DNA of 62,977 nucleotides, counting the filler. It is 4 parts of 4 records of this genome, joined end to end, with 100 filler letters (N's around TTAATTAATTAA, not from the genome) between each part and the next. Parts side by side here need not be neighbours in the genome. Positions count along the whole stretch, not along the records: positions 19,803 to 47,668 come from DRR723986_1724; 3 more parts are not named here. One strand, 5' to 3'. A program made the translations under genes and the position numbers. Numbering within the stretch: position 1 is the stretch's first letter; each line of letters starts with the position of its first letter. Under the pieces are notes generated by a model. It was not told where the DNA came from, did no database searches, and saw only the letters and a list, made by a program, of their open reading frames with translations. Positions 36,021-47,326 of the stretch are shown here, piece after piece.

Positions 36021-37958
36021 ATGAGCACTCTTGAAGCGAAGCCTTCCCACGTCGATCGCCCTTGGGCAATTGACGATTCAGTGAGCCTTTACGGCGTCGA
36101 TCGCTGGGGGGACGGATACTTCTCAATTTCCGACGAAGGGAATGTCTGCGTTTCGCCAGGGAAGCTACTGGAAGAATCGGTCGACCTCAAGAAACTCGTT
36201 GAACGACTCAGGCAACGCGGGCTTGAGCTACCTGTACTCATCCGTTTCAACGGAATCTTAGCTGATCGGCTGAAACGAATCAGTGCTGCGTTTGCTGGCG
36301 CGATCGAACAGTATCAATACAACGGCAAGTATCGGTGCGTCTTTCCGATCAAGGTGAACCAGCAGCGTGAGGTAGTGCAGCAGATTTTGCAGCACGGTGG
36401 CCCACTGGGCGCGGGCGTCGAAGCCGGCAGCAAGCCGGAGCTACTTGCCGTAGTTGCCATGACTGATCCCGCCACGCCGATCATCTGCAACGGCTTCAAG
36501 GACGACGAGTTCATTCGGATGGCAATGTTTGCACAGCGAATGGGACGCACCGTAATACCAGTTGTCGAGAAGATCTCAGAGCTGGATTTGATTCTCAAGC
36601 ATTCCAAAGAAATCGGAGTCCGCCCCACGATTGGGATGCGAGTTAAGTTAGCAACACGTGGAACCGGCAGATGGCAGGCGAGCGGCGGATATCGATCCAA
36701 GTTCGGCTTGACCGTCTCCGAGTTGCTTCAGCAGCACGACCGGCTAGTCGCTGCTGGCATGGGCGACTGTTTTCAGTTATTGCATTTTCACGTTGGAAGC
36801 CAAATTGGCAATATTCGCCAGCTAAAGTCCGCGATCATTGAAGCTTCCCGCGTCTATGTCGACCTTAGCCGGAGAGGTGCCGGGCTGAAGTACTTGGACG
36901 TCGGTGGCGGCTTAGGCGTCGACTATGACGGTTCGCAAAGCGACACTGCGAGTAGTATGAATTACAGCCTGCAAGAGTACGCGAACGATGTTGTACACCA
37001 CGTGATGAGTGTTTGCGACGAAGCCGGCGTGCAGCACCCTGAGCTGCTGTCGGAGTCCGGCCGAGCGGTTGCGGCGCAGCATAGTGTACTGGTCATGGAA
37101 ACGCTGGGCGTGACAAAGCAAGGTGATGTGCTGGCGCCGCCGAGCCAAATTCCTGACGATTACGAGCAACCGGTTCGCGACCTGTGGAACGTCTACCAGG
37201 AGCTTGATGGCAGCGGAAACATCCTGGAAGCCTTTCATGACTCGCAGGATTCACTGGACCTGTGCATGAACTTGTTTAGCGGCGGCTACTGCTCGCTCGA
37301 GCAACGCGTTGTGGCGGAGAATTTATACTTTGCAATTTGCCGTCGCATCCAAGAGCTTTGCGCTCAGCGGGACGAAATCCCTGACGAAGTTGTGAAGTTG
37401 GACAGAATGCTGTCAGACATCTACTTCACGAATTTTTCCCTATTTCAATCCATGCCTGACTCGTGGGCTATCGAGCAGATCTTTCCGGTCATGCCGATCC
37501 ACCGACTCAACGAACGGCCAACGCGGAATGCCGTCCTTGGCGACATCACCTGCGACAGCGACGGCAAGATTGACCACTTCGTCTGTGATGGGCACCACCA
37601 GAAAACAGTACCACTGCATGAACTCAAGCAGGGGGAACCCTATCAGTTAGCGGTCTTCATGGTTGGCGCTTATCAAGAAATTCTTGGCGATTTGCACAAT
37701 CTGTTCGGCGATACACACGCAGTACACGTGGACGTTGACTCCAGTGGTGCCAAAGTTCGATCGATTGTCAAAGGCGACACCGTCCGCGAGGTGCTGGCTT
37801 ATGTACAATATGAGGATCGAGAGCTGATCGACCGACTACAAGACGCCATTGAAGTAGCCGTAGAGTCGGGGAAGATCGACAATGTCCAGGCGGGCGAGAC
37901 GGTTCGCTTCTACGAAAAAGCGCTCACCAATTATACGTATCTCAGCACTCGAAACTAA
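36021..37958 (+). CDS. speA: Biosynthetic arginine decarboxylase
   Basis: FPIKVNQ, EAGSKPEL, HFHVGSQI, DVGGGLG, TCDSDG, GAYQE. Confidence 0.95.
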   Translation: MSTLEAKPSHVDRPWAIDDSVSLYGVDRWGDGYFSISDEGNVCVSPGKLLEESVDLKKLVERLRQRGLELPVLIRFNGILADRLKRISAAFAGAIEQYQYNGKYRCVFPIKVNQQREVVQQILQHGGPLGAGVEAGSKPELLAVVAMTDPATPIICNGFKDDEFIRMAMFAQRMGRTVIPVVEKISELDLILKHSKEIGVRPTIGMRVKLATRGTGRWQASGGYRSKFGLTVSELLQQHDRLVAAGMGDCFQLLHFHVGSQIGNIRQLKSAIIEASRVYVDLSRRGAGLKYLDVGGGLGVDYDGSQSDTASSMNYSLQEYANDVVHHVMSVCDEAGVQHPELLSESGRAVAAQHSVLVMETLGVTKQGDVLAPPSQIPDDYEQPVRDLWNVYQELDGSGNILEAFHDSQDSLDLCMNLFSGGYCSLEQRVVAENLYFAICRRIQELCAQRDEIPDEVVKLDRMLSDIYFTNFSLFQSMPDSWAIEQIFPVMPIHRLNERPTRNAVLGDITCDSDGKIDHFVCDGHHQKTVPLHELKQGEPYQLAVFMVGAYQEILGDLHNLFGDTHAVHVDVDSSGAKVRSIVKGDTVREVLAYVQYEDRELIDRLQDAIEVAVESGKIDNVQAGETVRFYEKALTNYTYLSTRN

Positions 37959-38059
37959 TGCTCGGGTGTATTTGTGTGCTATGCGTTGAGTCCGCGGATT
38001 GCCCGATTGAACCTCACCACCGACGACAATTCTACCAATTCTGCAAGGACTCAATACGA

Positions 38060-39916
38060 ATGAGGAATTTGACGTTAGCCGCCAGTTTAACTGCAACACT
38101 TTGCAGCGGAGCTCTTGCATTTGCGCAAGGCTCAGCTCAAGCGACAAAAACAGAGCCTGTCGTAAAGGATGGAAAATCACAGGTTGTCCGTGGCTTCCAA
38201 GACCCCGATTTCTGGATTCGCGAAGACCTATGGGTCGAAACTGAATTCGACAGCGACGGCGACGGAAAGCTTGATCGGGTGCATGTCGACGTCACGCGCC
38301 CGCAGCAGACCGACACCGAAGGTTTGAAGGTTCCCGTAATTTATGAGTCGAGCCCGTACTACGCTGGGACGTCAGGAAACGCTCGTGACACATTCTGGAA
38401 TGTAAAACACGAACTCGGTGAAACTCCTCCGGACCGACGTTTTTCTCCCGAAGTGCGGCGACGGTCACGGCGACCGATTATCAGCAAGTCCCACGTTAAG
38501 GACTGGTTGCCGCGTGGATTTGCCGTTGTGCACTCCTGCTCACCTGGAACGGGGCTTTCGCAAGGCTGCCCAACCGTAGGCGGCGATAATGAATCGCTCG
38601 CGCCGAAGGCTGTTGTTGATTGGCTGTGCGGTCGAGCGAAAGGGTTCAAAGCGGTTGACTCCGACGAGCAGGTTTTTGCGAAGTGGTCCACCGGTAAAGT
38701 TGGCATGATTGGAACGTCTTATAACGGAACCCTATCGTTGGCGGCCGCGATGACGGGTGTCGAAGGACTTGAGGCCATTGTGCCGATCGCGCCCAACACG
38801 TCTTACTACCACTACTATCGGTCAAACGGACTCGTTCGCTCTCCCGGTGGTTACGAAGGTGAAGATATCGATGTGCTATACGATTTCATTCATTCGGGCA
38901 GCAAAGAAACGGACGAAAAGTGTGATTGTGATGTGCGCGACAACGTGATGCTGAAGAACATCGATCGCGAAACGGGCGACTACAACGATTTCTGGAAGGG
39001 CCGAGACTACATCTATCAAGTGCCGAACATACGCGCTGCGGTCTTCATGGCACACGCCTTCAACGACTGGAACGTGGTACCCGAGCACAGCGTTCGAATC
39101 ACCGAAGCAATCAAACGTGAAGGAAAAGTACCGCTGAAGATGTATTTCCATCAAGGCGGCCACGGCGGTGCACCGCCACTGGATATGCTCAACCTATGGT
39201 TCACTCGGTTCTTGCGTGACGTGGAAAATGGAGTCGAAGAGGGGCCGCGTTCGCACGTCGTTCGTGAAAGCGACGCTCGTGACAAGCCCACCACGTATGA
39301 GGATTATCCGCATCCAGAAGCAGATCACGTGACGCTCTATTTAAAAGGTGCTGCGCCTGAGCGAGGCGAACTAGTACTCGAGTCAACCGATGGGCAGTCG
39401 CCTGAGACGCTGGTTGATAACGTTTCCTTCGATGGAGCGGCCCTAGCGAAGGCAGACGCGACCGAACACCGGCTGATTTATGTCTCCGAGCCGCTGAAGC
39501 AGCCACTGCACATTTCAGGCTATCCGCGCATGAACATTCGCGTTGCTTGCGACCGTCCGGCGGCGAATCTGTCAGTTTGGCTTGTCTCCCTGCCTTGGAA
39601 AAGTGGCGCGGGTTCAAAGATCACGGACAATATCATCACCAAAGGCTGGGCGGATCCGCAGAATCACGCCAGCATCGAAACAAGTGAACCGCTTGTGCCC
39701 GGGCAATTCTATAGCCTGAGCTTCGATATGCAGCCCGATGATCAAATCATTCCAAAGGGCCAGCAAATTGGCCTGATGATCATGTCGAGTGATCGTGAAT
39801 CGACGCTACACCCCAAACCTGGCACCAAGCTAACGGTTGACCTGGAAGGAACTTCGGTGCAACTTCCTGTCGTAGGTGGCATCGAAGCGGTCCGAGAGGC
39901 GACGAAGTCGGAATAG
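38060..39916 (+). CDS. Xaa-Pro dipeptidyl-peptidase (S15), secreted
   Basis: DSDGDG..D, ESSPY, GTSYNG nucleophile, DWNV, GGHG; signal peptide. Confidence 0.88.
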   Translation: MRNLTLAASLTATLCSGALAFAQGSAQATKTEPVVKDGKSQVVRGFQDPDFWIREDLWVETEFDSDGDGKLDRVHVDVTRPQQTDTEGLKVPVIYESSPYYAGTSGNARDTFWNVKHELGETPPDRRFSPEVRRRSRRPIISKSHVKDWLPRGFAVVHSCSPGTGLSQGCPTVGGDNESLAPKAVVDWLCGRAKGFKAVDSDEQVFAKWSTGKVGMIGTSYNGTLSLAAAMTGVEGLEAIVPIAPNTSYYHYYRSNGLVRSPGGYEGEDIDVLYDFIHSGSKETDEKCDCDVRDNVMLKNIDRETGDYNDFWKGRDYIYQVPNIRAAVFMAHAFNDWNVVPEHSVRITEAIKREGKVPLKMYFHQGGHGGAPPLDMLNLWFTRFLRDVENGVEEGPRSHVVRESDARDKPTTYEDYPHPEADHVTLYLKGAAPERGELVLESTDGQSPETLVDNVSFDGAALAKADATEHRLIYVSEPLKQPLHISGYPRMNIRVACDRPAANLSVWLVSLPWKSGAGSKITDNIITKGWADPQNHASIETSEPLVPGQFYSLSFDMQPDDQIIPKGQQIGLMIMSSDRESTLHPKPGTKLTVDLEGTSVQLPVVGGIEAVREATKSE

Positions 39917-39973
39917 CAAGCCGTTACTTCCAACCATGTTCACGCTTGTTGATTTAGCAGTTTGGAGGCGGCG

Positions 39974-41539
39974 ATGGCGATGTCTGACGATCTATTTGGT
40001 GAAGTTTCCATTCGGTCGGCACGCTGCCGGATGCAACGCTTTGCGAGTGCTACTGGCTGTTTTGCAGTGATGCTCGCCGCGTTGGCCTTTGCTACAACCG
40101 ATGCCTCGATAGCAAGCGAAACTCGAGCGGTAGGCGATGCTGCTGAACCGCAGGGGACGAAGCGACCGAATGTCTTGCTGATTTGCGTCGACGATCTGCG
40201 TCCAGAACTTGGTTGCTTTGGTAAGGACTACATTCGCTCTCCCAATATCGACGCGCTCGCCGCCCGAGGCGTCGCGTTCACTCGGCACTACGTCCAAGCT
40301 CCAACGTGCGGGGCGTCACGTTTCACCCTCTTAACGGGGCGATACGGAAGCGCGGGTAATGACGCCTTGTTCCGACGCAGTAAGTTGCTTGCAAAGAAGC
40401 CATCTGAGGTTCCTGCAAGCATGCCGCATTGGTTCCGATCAAACGGTTACACAACAGTTTCCGTCGGAAAGGTGTCCCATCATCCGGGTGGGCGAGGCGG
40501 AAACCGCTGGAATTCGCCAACCGAAATTGAGATGCCGCTATCGTGGGATTCGCACCTGCTGCCAGCAGGACCGTGGCAAGACCCGCGAGGCTGGATGCAT
40601 GGCCTGGCGAACGGCGAAATTCGCAACGACAAGCGTCGCAGCGATGGCAAAGTGGAGATGGACCTATTTCAAGCTGCCGAGGGAGACGACAGCATTTATC
40701 CTGACGGGCCATCGGTCGATGTGGCACTCGAGCAGTTGACGTCACTTGCGAAGGCGGACAAACCATTTTTCCTGGCGGTGGGAATCCTTCGCCCTCATTT
40801 ACCATTTGGTGCGCCGAAGAAATACTTGGACTTGTACGCGGACGTACAATTACCGCCGATCCCGCACTCATCAAAGCCAGCCGGGAAGACGACTTGGCAT
40901 CGGTCCGGCGAGTTCATGAAGTACGATTCTTGGGGGCGGGACCCGAGAACCGACGCTGAGTTTGCCACCGAAGTGCGACGGCACTACGCGGCCTGCGTGA
41001 GCTACGCCGACGCTCAAGTTGGCAAGTTGCTCGCGCGATTAAGTGAGCTCGGTGCGGACGAGAACACGACGGTGCTACTGTGGGGAGACCACGGTTGGCA
41101 CCTGGGCGAGCACGGCATCTGGGGAAAACACGCTCTGTTTGAAGAATCCCTGCGCTCGCCGCTGATCATCGCTGGCCCTGGCGTAGAAACCTTCGGCAAG
41201 TCGGAGGCCGTCGTGGAAACGATCGACGTGTTCCCAACCCTGTGTGAACTTTCGGGGATTGGACGCCCTCCTGAGCCAGCATTGCCCGGCGATTCGCTCG
41301 CGGAATTGCTCAGTGGCGACGCTAACGACGAGGAGGTCGAAGACGGCTACGCGTTCAGTTACCAAGGCCGCGCGCGAACCGTCCGAACCGCCACACATCG
41401 GGCGATCTTGCACAACGACGGTTTCGTCGAGCTGTACGACCACAGATCTGCAGAGGGCGAGACGGAGAATATCGCAAAGGATTTTCCAGAGCTGGTTGCG
41501 AAGTTGACGGCTGCGATCGAAGCTCGCTTGGGCCAGTAG
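39974..41539 (+). CDS. Sulfatase (iduronate-2-sulfatase-like)
   Basis: VDDLRP, CGASR, GKVSH, RPHLPF, GDHG.HLGEH..WGK; start uncertain. Confidence 0.9.
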   Translation: MAMSDDLFGEVSIRSARCRMQRFASATGCFAVMLAALAFATTDASIASETRAVGDAAEPQGTKRPNVLLICVDDLRPELGCFGKDYIRSPNIDALAARGVAFTRHYVQAPTCGASRFTLLTGRYGSAGNDALFRRSKLLAKKPSEVPASMPHWFRSNGYTTVSVGKVSHHPGGRGGNRWNSPTEIEMPLSWDSHLLPAGPWQDPRGWMHGLANGEIRNDKRRSDGKVEMDLFQAAEGDDSIYPDGPSVDVALEQLTSLAKADKPFFLAVGILRPHLPFGAPKKYLDLYADVQLPPIPHSSKPAGKTTWHRSGEFMKYDSWGRDPRTDAEFATEVRRHYAACVSYADAQVGKLLARLSELGADENTTVLLWGDHGWHLGEHGIWGKHALFEESLRSPLIIAGPGVETFGKSEAVVETIDVFPTLCELSGIGRPPEPALPGDSLAELLSGDANDEEVEDGYAFSYQGRARTVRTATHRAILHNDGFVELYDHRSAEGETENIAKDFPELVAKLTAAIEARLGQ

Positions 41540-41574
41540 CAACGAATTCTCGCTTGATCGAATGGGAGGCACCA

Positions 41575-43905
41575 ATGAGTGGTCGTTCAAAAGCCTGCGC
41601 ACGCATCGCCTTGTTCATCTCAGTATGCTGTAGTTCGCTCGCATCCACGGCATTTGCTCAGCTCAAAATTGGCACCGCGAAAGTTGACGTAACTCCGGAG
41701 CAGTTGCCAGTCATCGTCAACGGCAGCATGACGAGCAAGCTGGCCAGTGAGGTGAAAACGCGTGTCTCGGCAAGGGCGATCGTGCTCCAGCGCCAAGAGA
41801 AGCGGATTGCGATGGTCGTTGTCGACAGTTGCATGATGCCTCGACCTTTCTTGGACGAAGTCAAACGAGTTGCCAGTGCGAAGACTGGAATCGCAGCCGG
41901 CGACATGATGATCAGTGCAACGCATACGCACACCGCACCGAGCGTCATGGGCGCGTTGGGGACCAACGCGGATGCGAGTTACGTTCCCATTTTGCAACGG
42001 CGAATTGTCGAAGCGATCGAGCAGGCCAACCGCACGCTCAGCCCGACACAGGTAGGCTGGGGAAGTGTGGACGCACCGGAGTACACAGCATTGCGTCGGT
42101 GGGTGCGGCGATCGGATCGGATGGAACTGGATCCATTCGGCAATCGAACCGTTCGAGCCAACATGCACGCGGCTAAGAATCTTGACAATGTCGTCGGGGA
42201 AAGCGGTCCTGAAGATCCACAACTTTCAATGATCTGCTTTCGAAGTCCACAAGGCTCAGTACAGGCAGTACTCGCCAATTTTTCCATGCACTACTTCGGC
42301 GACCAGAATATCAGCGCGGATTACTTCGGACGATTCTGCGACCGTGTCGAGCAGCACTTGGACAGCAAGAACCAAGCACTTAACCCGCAAGCGCCGGAAT
42401 CGCTAGTGATCATGTCGCACGGTTGCAGCGGAGACGTGTGGCGTCGGGACTACGCCGCTCCAATCGAACAGGCTGGCAATTCGAAAGCTCTCGAGCAAGG
42501 AGCGACAACTCAACGGAAAGCGGCACCGGAGCATCTCAACGATATAGACGGTTACACTGACGGGCTGGTCGCACTGGTTAGCGGAGCTCTTGAGGATGCC
42601 GAGTATTCCGAAGATTCAACGTTGGCAATGACTCAAGCCGAGTTGGCGCTGAAGTACAGGACTCCCGACGCGCAGCGACTGCATTGGGCAACGGAGATTG
42701 CCACTGACCTGGGCGACCGACTGCCCGAAACGCGTGAGGAGATCTATGCGCGTGAGCAAGTTTTCTTACATCGAATGCAGCGGACGAAGGTGCTTCTACA
42801 GGCAATTCGCATTGGTCCGATCACAGTCGCAACCACTCCCACCGAGACCTACGCGCTGACTGGTCTTAAGCTGAAACACCAGAGTCCGTTTGCTCGCACG
42901 ATGGTGATTGAACTAGCCAATGGTGGCGACGGCTACGTTCCACCGCCTGAACAACATCGCTTGGGCGGCTACAACACGTGGGCCGCTCGCTCCGCTGGGC
43001 TCGAGGAAACCGCGGAACCGAAGTTTGTTGGCCGACTACTCTCGATGCTGGAGACCGTTACCGGTGAACCGCGTCGCGAATATCGCCAGTCGCCTGGCGG
43101 TCGAGCAAAACGGATTCTTGACGCCAAACCGACGGCCTATTTGAGACTTGACGAGTTTTCAGGCTCGACAGCTAGGAATGCCGTTACTGGTGCAAGCGAT
43201 GGTACTATCGAAAACGGGGCGCTTTATTTTCTAGCCGGCGACGATCGGGCGTTTACCGATGGCGAACCGAATCGGTGCCTACATCTGGTAGACGCACGTG
43301 TTCGATGGGATTTTCCGCAGCCTGTCGCTAAATACACCGCCTTCTTTTCTGCTCGGAACGGCCTTCCACTCGATTCGCGAGACGTGATTGGTTGGCTCTT
43401 CTCGAACGATGATCCTTGGTCATTGAGTGATGATGGTGTTCACGTTGGAATCTTCCGTGGTGGCAAAATCGGTGTCCAAGTTGGTCAGCGGAGAGAGATC
43501 AGTTCCAGCCCTCATTCCTCAAGATGGGGTTGGCATCGCTACTGCGTGCGACACTCGGGCACCAAAGTTGAAGTATTTATCGAGGGAGTCATCGAGCCGG
43601 TTGTGGCGATTGCGATGAATGAGGATCCGGCTGAAGAGCACTCGTCGAACTTAACGTCTGCGAAAAAGAATTTGAACTCGCAGCGAAAATTGACGCGCGG
43701 ATCGGAATCTCTGTATTTCGGTGGTCGCAGCGACTTGGAAAACGGCCTGGAAGGGCGACTGGATGAAGTTGCCGTCTTCGATCGGGCCCTTTCCACGGAA
43801 GAAATTCACCGACTGCTATCGCTGCCTCCTGCCACTGGCGTTAAGGCTGGTGTTTCGAATGGCATAGCGGCCGAGCCAGACTTAGCGACCGAACCAGAAA
43901 AGTAG
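41575..43905 (+). CDS. Neutral-ceramidase-like metallohydrolase fused to LamG-like domain
   Basis: ISATHTHTAP, NFSMH, GCSGD, GYVP..GGY; C-terminal GRLDEVAVFDRALS.EEI. Confidence 0.8.
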   Translation: MSGRSKACARIALFISVCCSSLASTAFAQLKIGTAKVDVTPEQLPVIVNGSMTSKLASEVKTRVSARAIVLQRQEKRIAMVVVDSCMMPRPFLDEVKRVASAKTGIAAGDMMISATHTHTAPSVMGALGTNADASYVPILQRRIVEAIEQANRTLSPTQVGWGSVDAPEYTALRRWVRRSDRMELDPFGNRTVRANMHAAKNLDNVVGESGPEDPQLSMICFRSPQGSVQAVLANFSMHYFGDQNISADYFGRFCDRVEQHLDSKNQALNPQAPESLVIMSHGCSGDVWRRDYAAPIEQAGNSKALEQGATTQRKAAPEHLNDIDGYTDGLVALVSGALEDAEYSEDSTLAMTQAELALKYRTPDAQRLHWATEIATDLGDRLPETREEIYAREQVFLHRMQRTKVLLQAIRIGPITVATTPTETYALTGLKLKHQSPFARTMVIELANGGDGYVPPPEQHRLGGYNTWAARSAGLEETAEPKFVGRLLSMLETVTGEPRREYRQSPGGRAKRILDAKPTAYLRLDEFSGSTARNAVTGASDGTIENGALYFLAGDDRAFTDGEPNRCLHLVDARVRWDFPQPVAKYTAFFSARNGLPLDSRDVIGWLFSNDDPWSLSDDGVHVGIFRGGKIGVQVGQRREISSSPHSSRWGWHRYCVRHSGTKVEVFIEGVIEPVVAIAMNEDPAEEHSSNLTSAKKNLNSQRKLTRGSESLYFGGRSDLENGLEGRLDEVAVFDRALSTEEIHRLLSLPPATGVKAGVSNGIAAEPDLATEPEK

Positions 43906-44034
43906 GGGCAAACAACTAGCCAGCAAAAGTAGACTACGCGGGGCGTCGGCAGTGTGTTACAATTCGGGACTTCGTGAATTTGGTGGCCAATCTTCGGCCG
44001 ACAATTGAAACATTTGTATTGTGAGAGCGACTTA

Positions 44035-44124
44035 GTGGGCGTAAAGAAAAGCGGCAAGGGACGACGTAAGGTTGGCCGAAAGAAGAGACGCATGCGAGCA
44101 AAGATCCGTCACCGCAAGAAATAG
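44035..44124 (+). CDS. 29-aa Lys/Arg-rich peptide, candidate small ribosomal protein
   Basis: GTG start after GAGAG; MGVKKSGKGRRKVGRKKRRMRAKIRHRKK*; upstream TG-N-TACAAT. Confidence 0.7.
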   Translation: MGVKKSGKGRRKVGRKKRRMRAKIRHRKK

Positions 44125-44205
44125 ACGATCTTTCTAGCTGGGTTAGCGTTAGGTTTCCTGAGCAAGGGTTCCTGCGTTTTAGGTGCGTCGATTTCAGCAT
44201 CCCAA

Positions 44206-45663
44206 TCAGTGCATCCGCCCTAGGATTTGACTGAGTGGAACGGGCCCAGCGACTCTAGAATCAGTGCTTATCGGCTGATTATCCCCAAGCAAATAGAACT
44301 GGTCCTCTTGGAGGGCCAGTGCTTCGCTGCTGCGCCCCGGTTGGCGGCCACTCGTGCGGACAATAACATCGCGCGAAAGGCGAACGCCCTGGACGCGATT
44401 CGGCGCGCCAGCGGTCCTGACCTCTATCTCGAGCAGCCGCGGCAGATTGAACAGCGACGAGCTGTCTTGGTCGGCGACCTGCAGCCGATCCCCGGCTATC
44501 TCCTGCTCTTCTGTCATCTGATCAATGGGCTGTCGATCTAGTTGAATCTTGCCATCCTGGGCAATCGTCAGGGCACCATCGCAAAAAGCCACCTCAACGC
44601 GCCGTTTGGCGATTAGCGGGTAAGCTTGCTCGGATGCGGTTGAATCCTGGACATGCCCTTGCCGGACCAGTTCAAGTGAAACTTCTCTGGCGGGAAAGCC
44701 ATAAGTCCAACTGATCCGGATGCGAAACGGTCCACTCGCGTCATCTTCAACGCCTGACTGCTGATTCGCGGGCATGCTGATCGAACGCAAATCGATCGTC
44801 AGGAGAATATCGCTGGTTCGCAGCGGTACGTAGGACGCTCCTTGATTGAGAAGACCGTCGTCGCTGAGCAGAGTAAGTTCTCGAGGTGTTTCGGCCTGCC
44901 AGCGAACTTGGAGCAGTCCCTCGCTGGCTTGCGCCGAAAAGAGCGAACCCGCATTGCCGCCCAAGCTTTGGGGCGTTCCAGACATCCTATCCGCTGATCC
45001 TGGAATATCGAGTTGATCAATTAGAGGCGACATCGTTCGAATCGCTGCAATCGGCTTCCGAAGCAGCCTTCCGTCGATCCAGAATTCACCACCAGCGGTG
45101 GCTACTTGTTCGCCGGGCAGGCCCCAAATTCGCTTCAGCAGCGGAGCGCCACCTGGCATGTCAGGGCCCTCAATTCCAGGGGTTTCGGCCGCTACTACAT
45201 CAAAACGATGGAGGCCTGCGTGCGACGGACGCTCCAGCGGAACGATTCTGACGATGTCGCCGCGGCTCGACTGATCTGCGATCGAGCAATCAGCCGCACA
45301 GTACGAGCACGTGCATGGTAGCTCTCTCCGAAGTGCTTCTGCCGCAACGACATACGTTCGCTTGCAGTTTGGGCAAAGGGCATTGAAGTGTCGGCCTACG
45401 ATGCCGGGAGCCATCGAATTGGTAACGACTTTAAACTGCTGAAGCCCGGCTTCTTCGGCCTGCGATCCTCGGTTGGTGCGAGCTGTGGAGAGATTGCTGC
45501 GCAGAGTCCCGTGATTGCTCGGGGTCTCGTGATTGCGCTGGGCCTCGGAATTCCGCGGGGCACTGCCGGCGAACAGCCCGAGATGCTGTCCTGCTAGAAA
45601 AGCCCCAATTGCGCAAATGAATATCAGTGCAATCAAGAGCCCGCTATTGCGACTGATCGGCAT
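44206..45663 (-). CDS. Signal peptidase I (S26) with CxxC/CxxC insert
   Basis: N-terminal TM, NSMAP (Ser), LKRIWGLPG (Lys), GDN..STDSR. Confidence 0.85.
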   Translation of the reverse strand: MPISRNSGLLIALIFICAIGAFLAGQHLGLFAGSAPRNSEAQRNHETPSNHGTLRSNLSTARTNRGSQAEEAGLQQFKVVTNSMAPGIVGRHFNALCPNCKRTYVVAAEALRRELPCTCSYCAADCSIADQSSRGDIVRIVPLERPSHAGLHRFDVVAAETPGIEGPDMPGGAPLLKRIWGLPGEQVATAGGEFWIDGRLLRKPIAAIRTMSPLIDQLDIPGSADRMSGTPQSLGGNAGSLFSAQASEGLLQVRWQAETPRELTLLSDDGLLNQGASYVPLRTSDILLTIDLRSISMPANQQSGVEDDASGPFRIRISWTYGFPAREVSLELVRQGHVQDSTASEQAYPLIAKRRVEVAFCDGALTIAQDGKIQLDRQPIDQMTEEQEIAGDRLQVADQDSSSLFNLPRLLEIEVRTAGAPNRVQGVRLSRDVIVRTSGRQPGRSSEALALQEDQFYLLGDNQPISTDSRVAGPVPLSQILGRMH

Positions 45664-45847
45664 CTTTTCCCTTACAGTTACGGATCTGTCCACTCCGCGG
45701 TGGACGCTGACGCTTGACAGCTTAGGGCCTGAAGTTGATCCTTGGAGTCCCAGCCGGATACTTCCCGTGGCATTTTAGGCACCGGGCGGGCCTCTGGGCT
45801 GTTCAAAGCGGCCACTGATGGCAGATTTTTAACCTTGAGAAATGCAG

Positions 45848-47266
45848 ATGAGTACGAGTGGAAACCCTCAAACGATGTTCCAGAAGATCTGGGACCGTCA
45901 CGTCGTTCACGCCGAACCGAGCAAGCAGACGATTCTCTACATTGATCTGCAGCTTGTTCACGAGGTGACGAGCCCGCAAGCGTTTGAAGGACTTCGACTC
46001 GCTGGCCGCCAGGTTCGACGCCCGGAGCGCACAATCGCCACGCCTGATCATAACGTTCCCACCACCGACCGAACGCTGCCGATTGCGGACCCCATTTCGA
46101 AGGCACAGGTCGACAAGCTGCGGGAAAACTGCAACGAGTTTGGCATCAAGCTGTATGACCTTGGGCATGCTAACCAAGGAATCGTGCACATCATCGGCCC
46201 GGAGCTTGGCTACACACAGCCTGGCATGACAATCGTCTGCGGCGACAGTCACACGGCGACCCACGGAGCTTTCGGGGCACTTGCTTTCGGGATTGGCACC
46301 AGTGAAGTTGAGCACGTTCTGGCAACTCAAACGCTCCTGCAGTACCAACCGAAGACCTACGAGCTTCGCGTCAACGGTGATCTTGCCGAAGGCGTAACGG
46401 CGAAGGACCTGATCCTGTATTTGATCGGACAGATCACGATGCATGGCGGAACGGGCTATGTGCTCGAATACACCGGTTCAGCCATTCGCAATCTTTCGAT
46501 GGAGGAGCGGATGACGGTTTGCAACATGTCGATCGAGGCAGGTGCCCGTGCCGGTATGATTGCTCCTGACGAAACGACGTTCGACTATTTGCGTGGTCGT
46601 CCGCACGCTCCAGAGGATTTTGAAGCCGCCGTGCAGCAGTGGAAGACACTGCCCAGCGATCCAGGTGCACACTATGACAAGGTGAGCAAATTCGAAGGGG
46701 CCGACATTGAGCCGCAAGTCACCTGGGGAACCAACCCTGGGCAAGTGTGTTCAGTGACCAACCAGGTGCCTGATCCTGCCGGCGCGGGCGATGAAACCGA
46801 GCAGAAGACGACTGCAGCATCCCTGGAGTATATGGGCCTGAAAGCAGGCACGCCGATCACGGATATCGGTATCGATCGAGTCTTCATTGGCTCTTGCACA
46901 AATGCTCGCATCGAAGACTTGCGTGCGGCTGCCAAGGTTGTCAAGGGTTACAACGTGAACGGCAAAGTCAATGCGATGGTCGTTCCTGGCAGTGGGCAGG
47001 TCAAGCGTCAGGCGGAGGAAGAGGGGCTTCACAGAGTCTTCCAGGAAGCGGGCTTCGATTGGCGAGAAGCGGGCTGCAGCATGTGCTTGGCGATGAACCC
47101 AGACCGGCTAGAGCCCGGTGAACGCTGTGCTTCGACCAGCAACCGAAACTTCGAAGGCCGACAAGGTAAAGGCGGGCGAACACACTTGGTTTCACCGGCA
47201 ATGGCCGCGGCTGCCGCCATTCGTGGCCACTTTGAAGACATCCGCCAGTGGGACTACAAAGCCTAG
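45848..47266 (+). CDS. leuC: 3-isopropylmalate dehydratase large subunit
   Basis: [37 protein letters not shown]. Confidence 0.98.
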   Translation: MSTSGNPQTMFQKIWDRHVVHAEPSKQTILYIDLQLVHEVTSPQAFEGLRLAGRQVRRPERTIATPDHNVPTTDRTLPIADPISKAQVDKLRENCNEFGIKLYDLGHANQGIVHIIGPELGYTQPGMTIVCGDSHTATHGAFGALAFGIGTSEVEHVLATQTLLQYQPKTYELRVNGDLAEGVTAKDLILYLIGQITMHGGTGYVLEYTGSAIRNLSMEERMTVCNMSIEAGARAGMIAPDETTFDYLRGRPHAPEDFEAAVQQWKTLPSDPGAHYDKVSKFEGADIEPQVTWGTNPGQVCSVTNQVPDPAGAGDETEQKTTAASLEYMGLKAGTPITDIGIDRVFIGSCTNARIEDLRAAAKVVKGYNVNGKVNAMVVPGSGQVKRQAEEEGLHRVFQEAGFDWREAGCSMCLAMNPDRLEPGERCASTSNRNFEGRQGKGGRTHLVSPAMAAAAAIRGHFEDIRQWDYKA

Positions 47267-47326
47267 TTCCAACGACCACTTCCAAGCACGAATGAAACAA
47301 TCCCCCACAATAGCAAGACCCACGTC

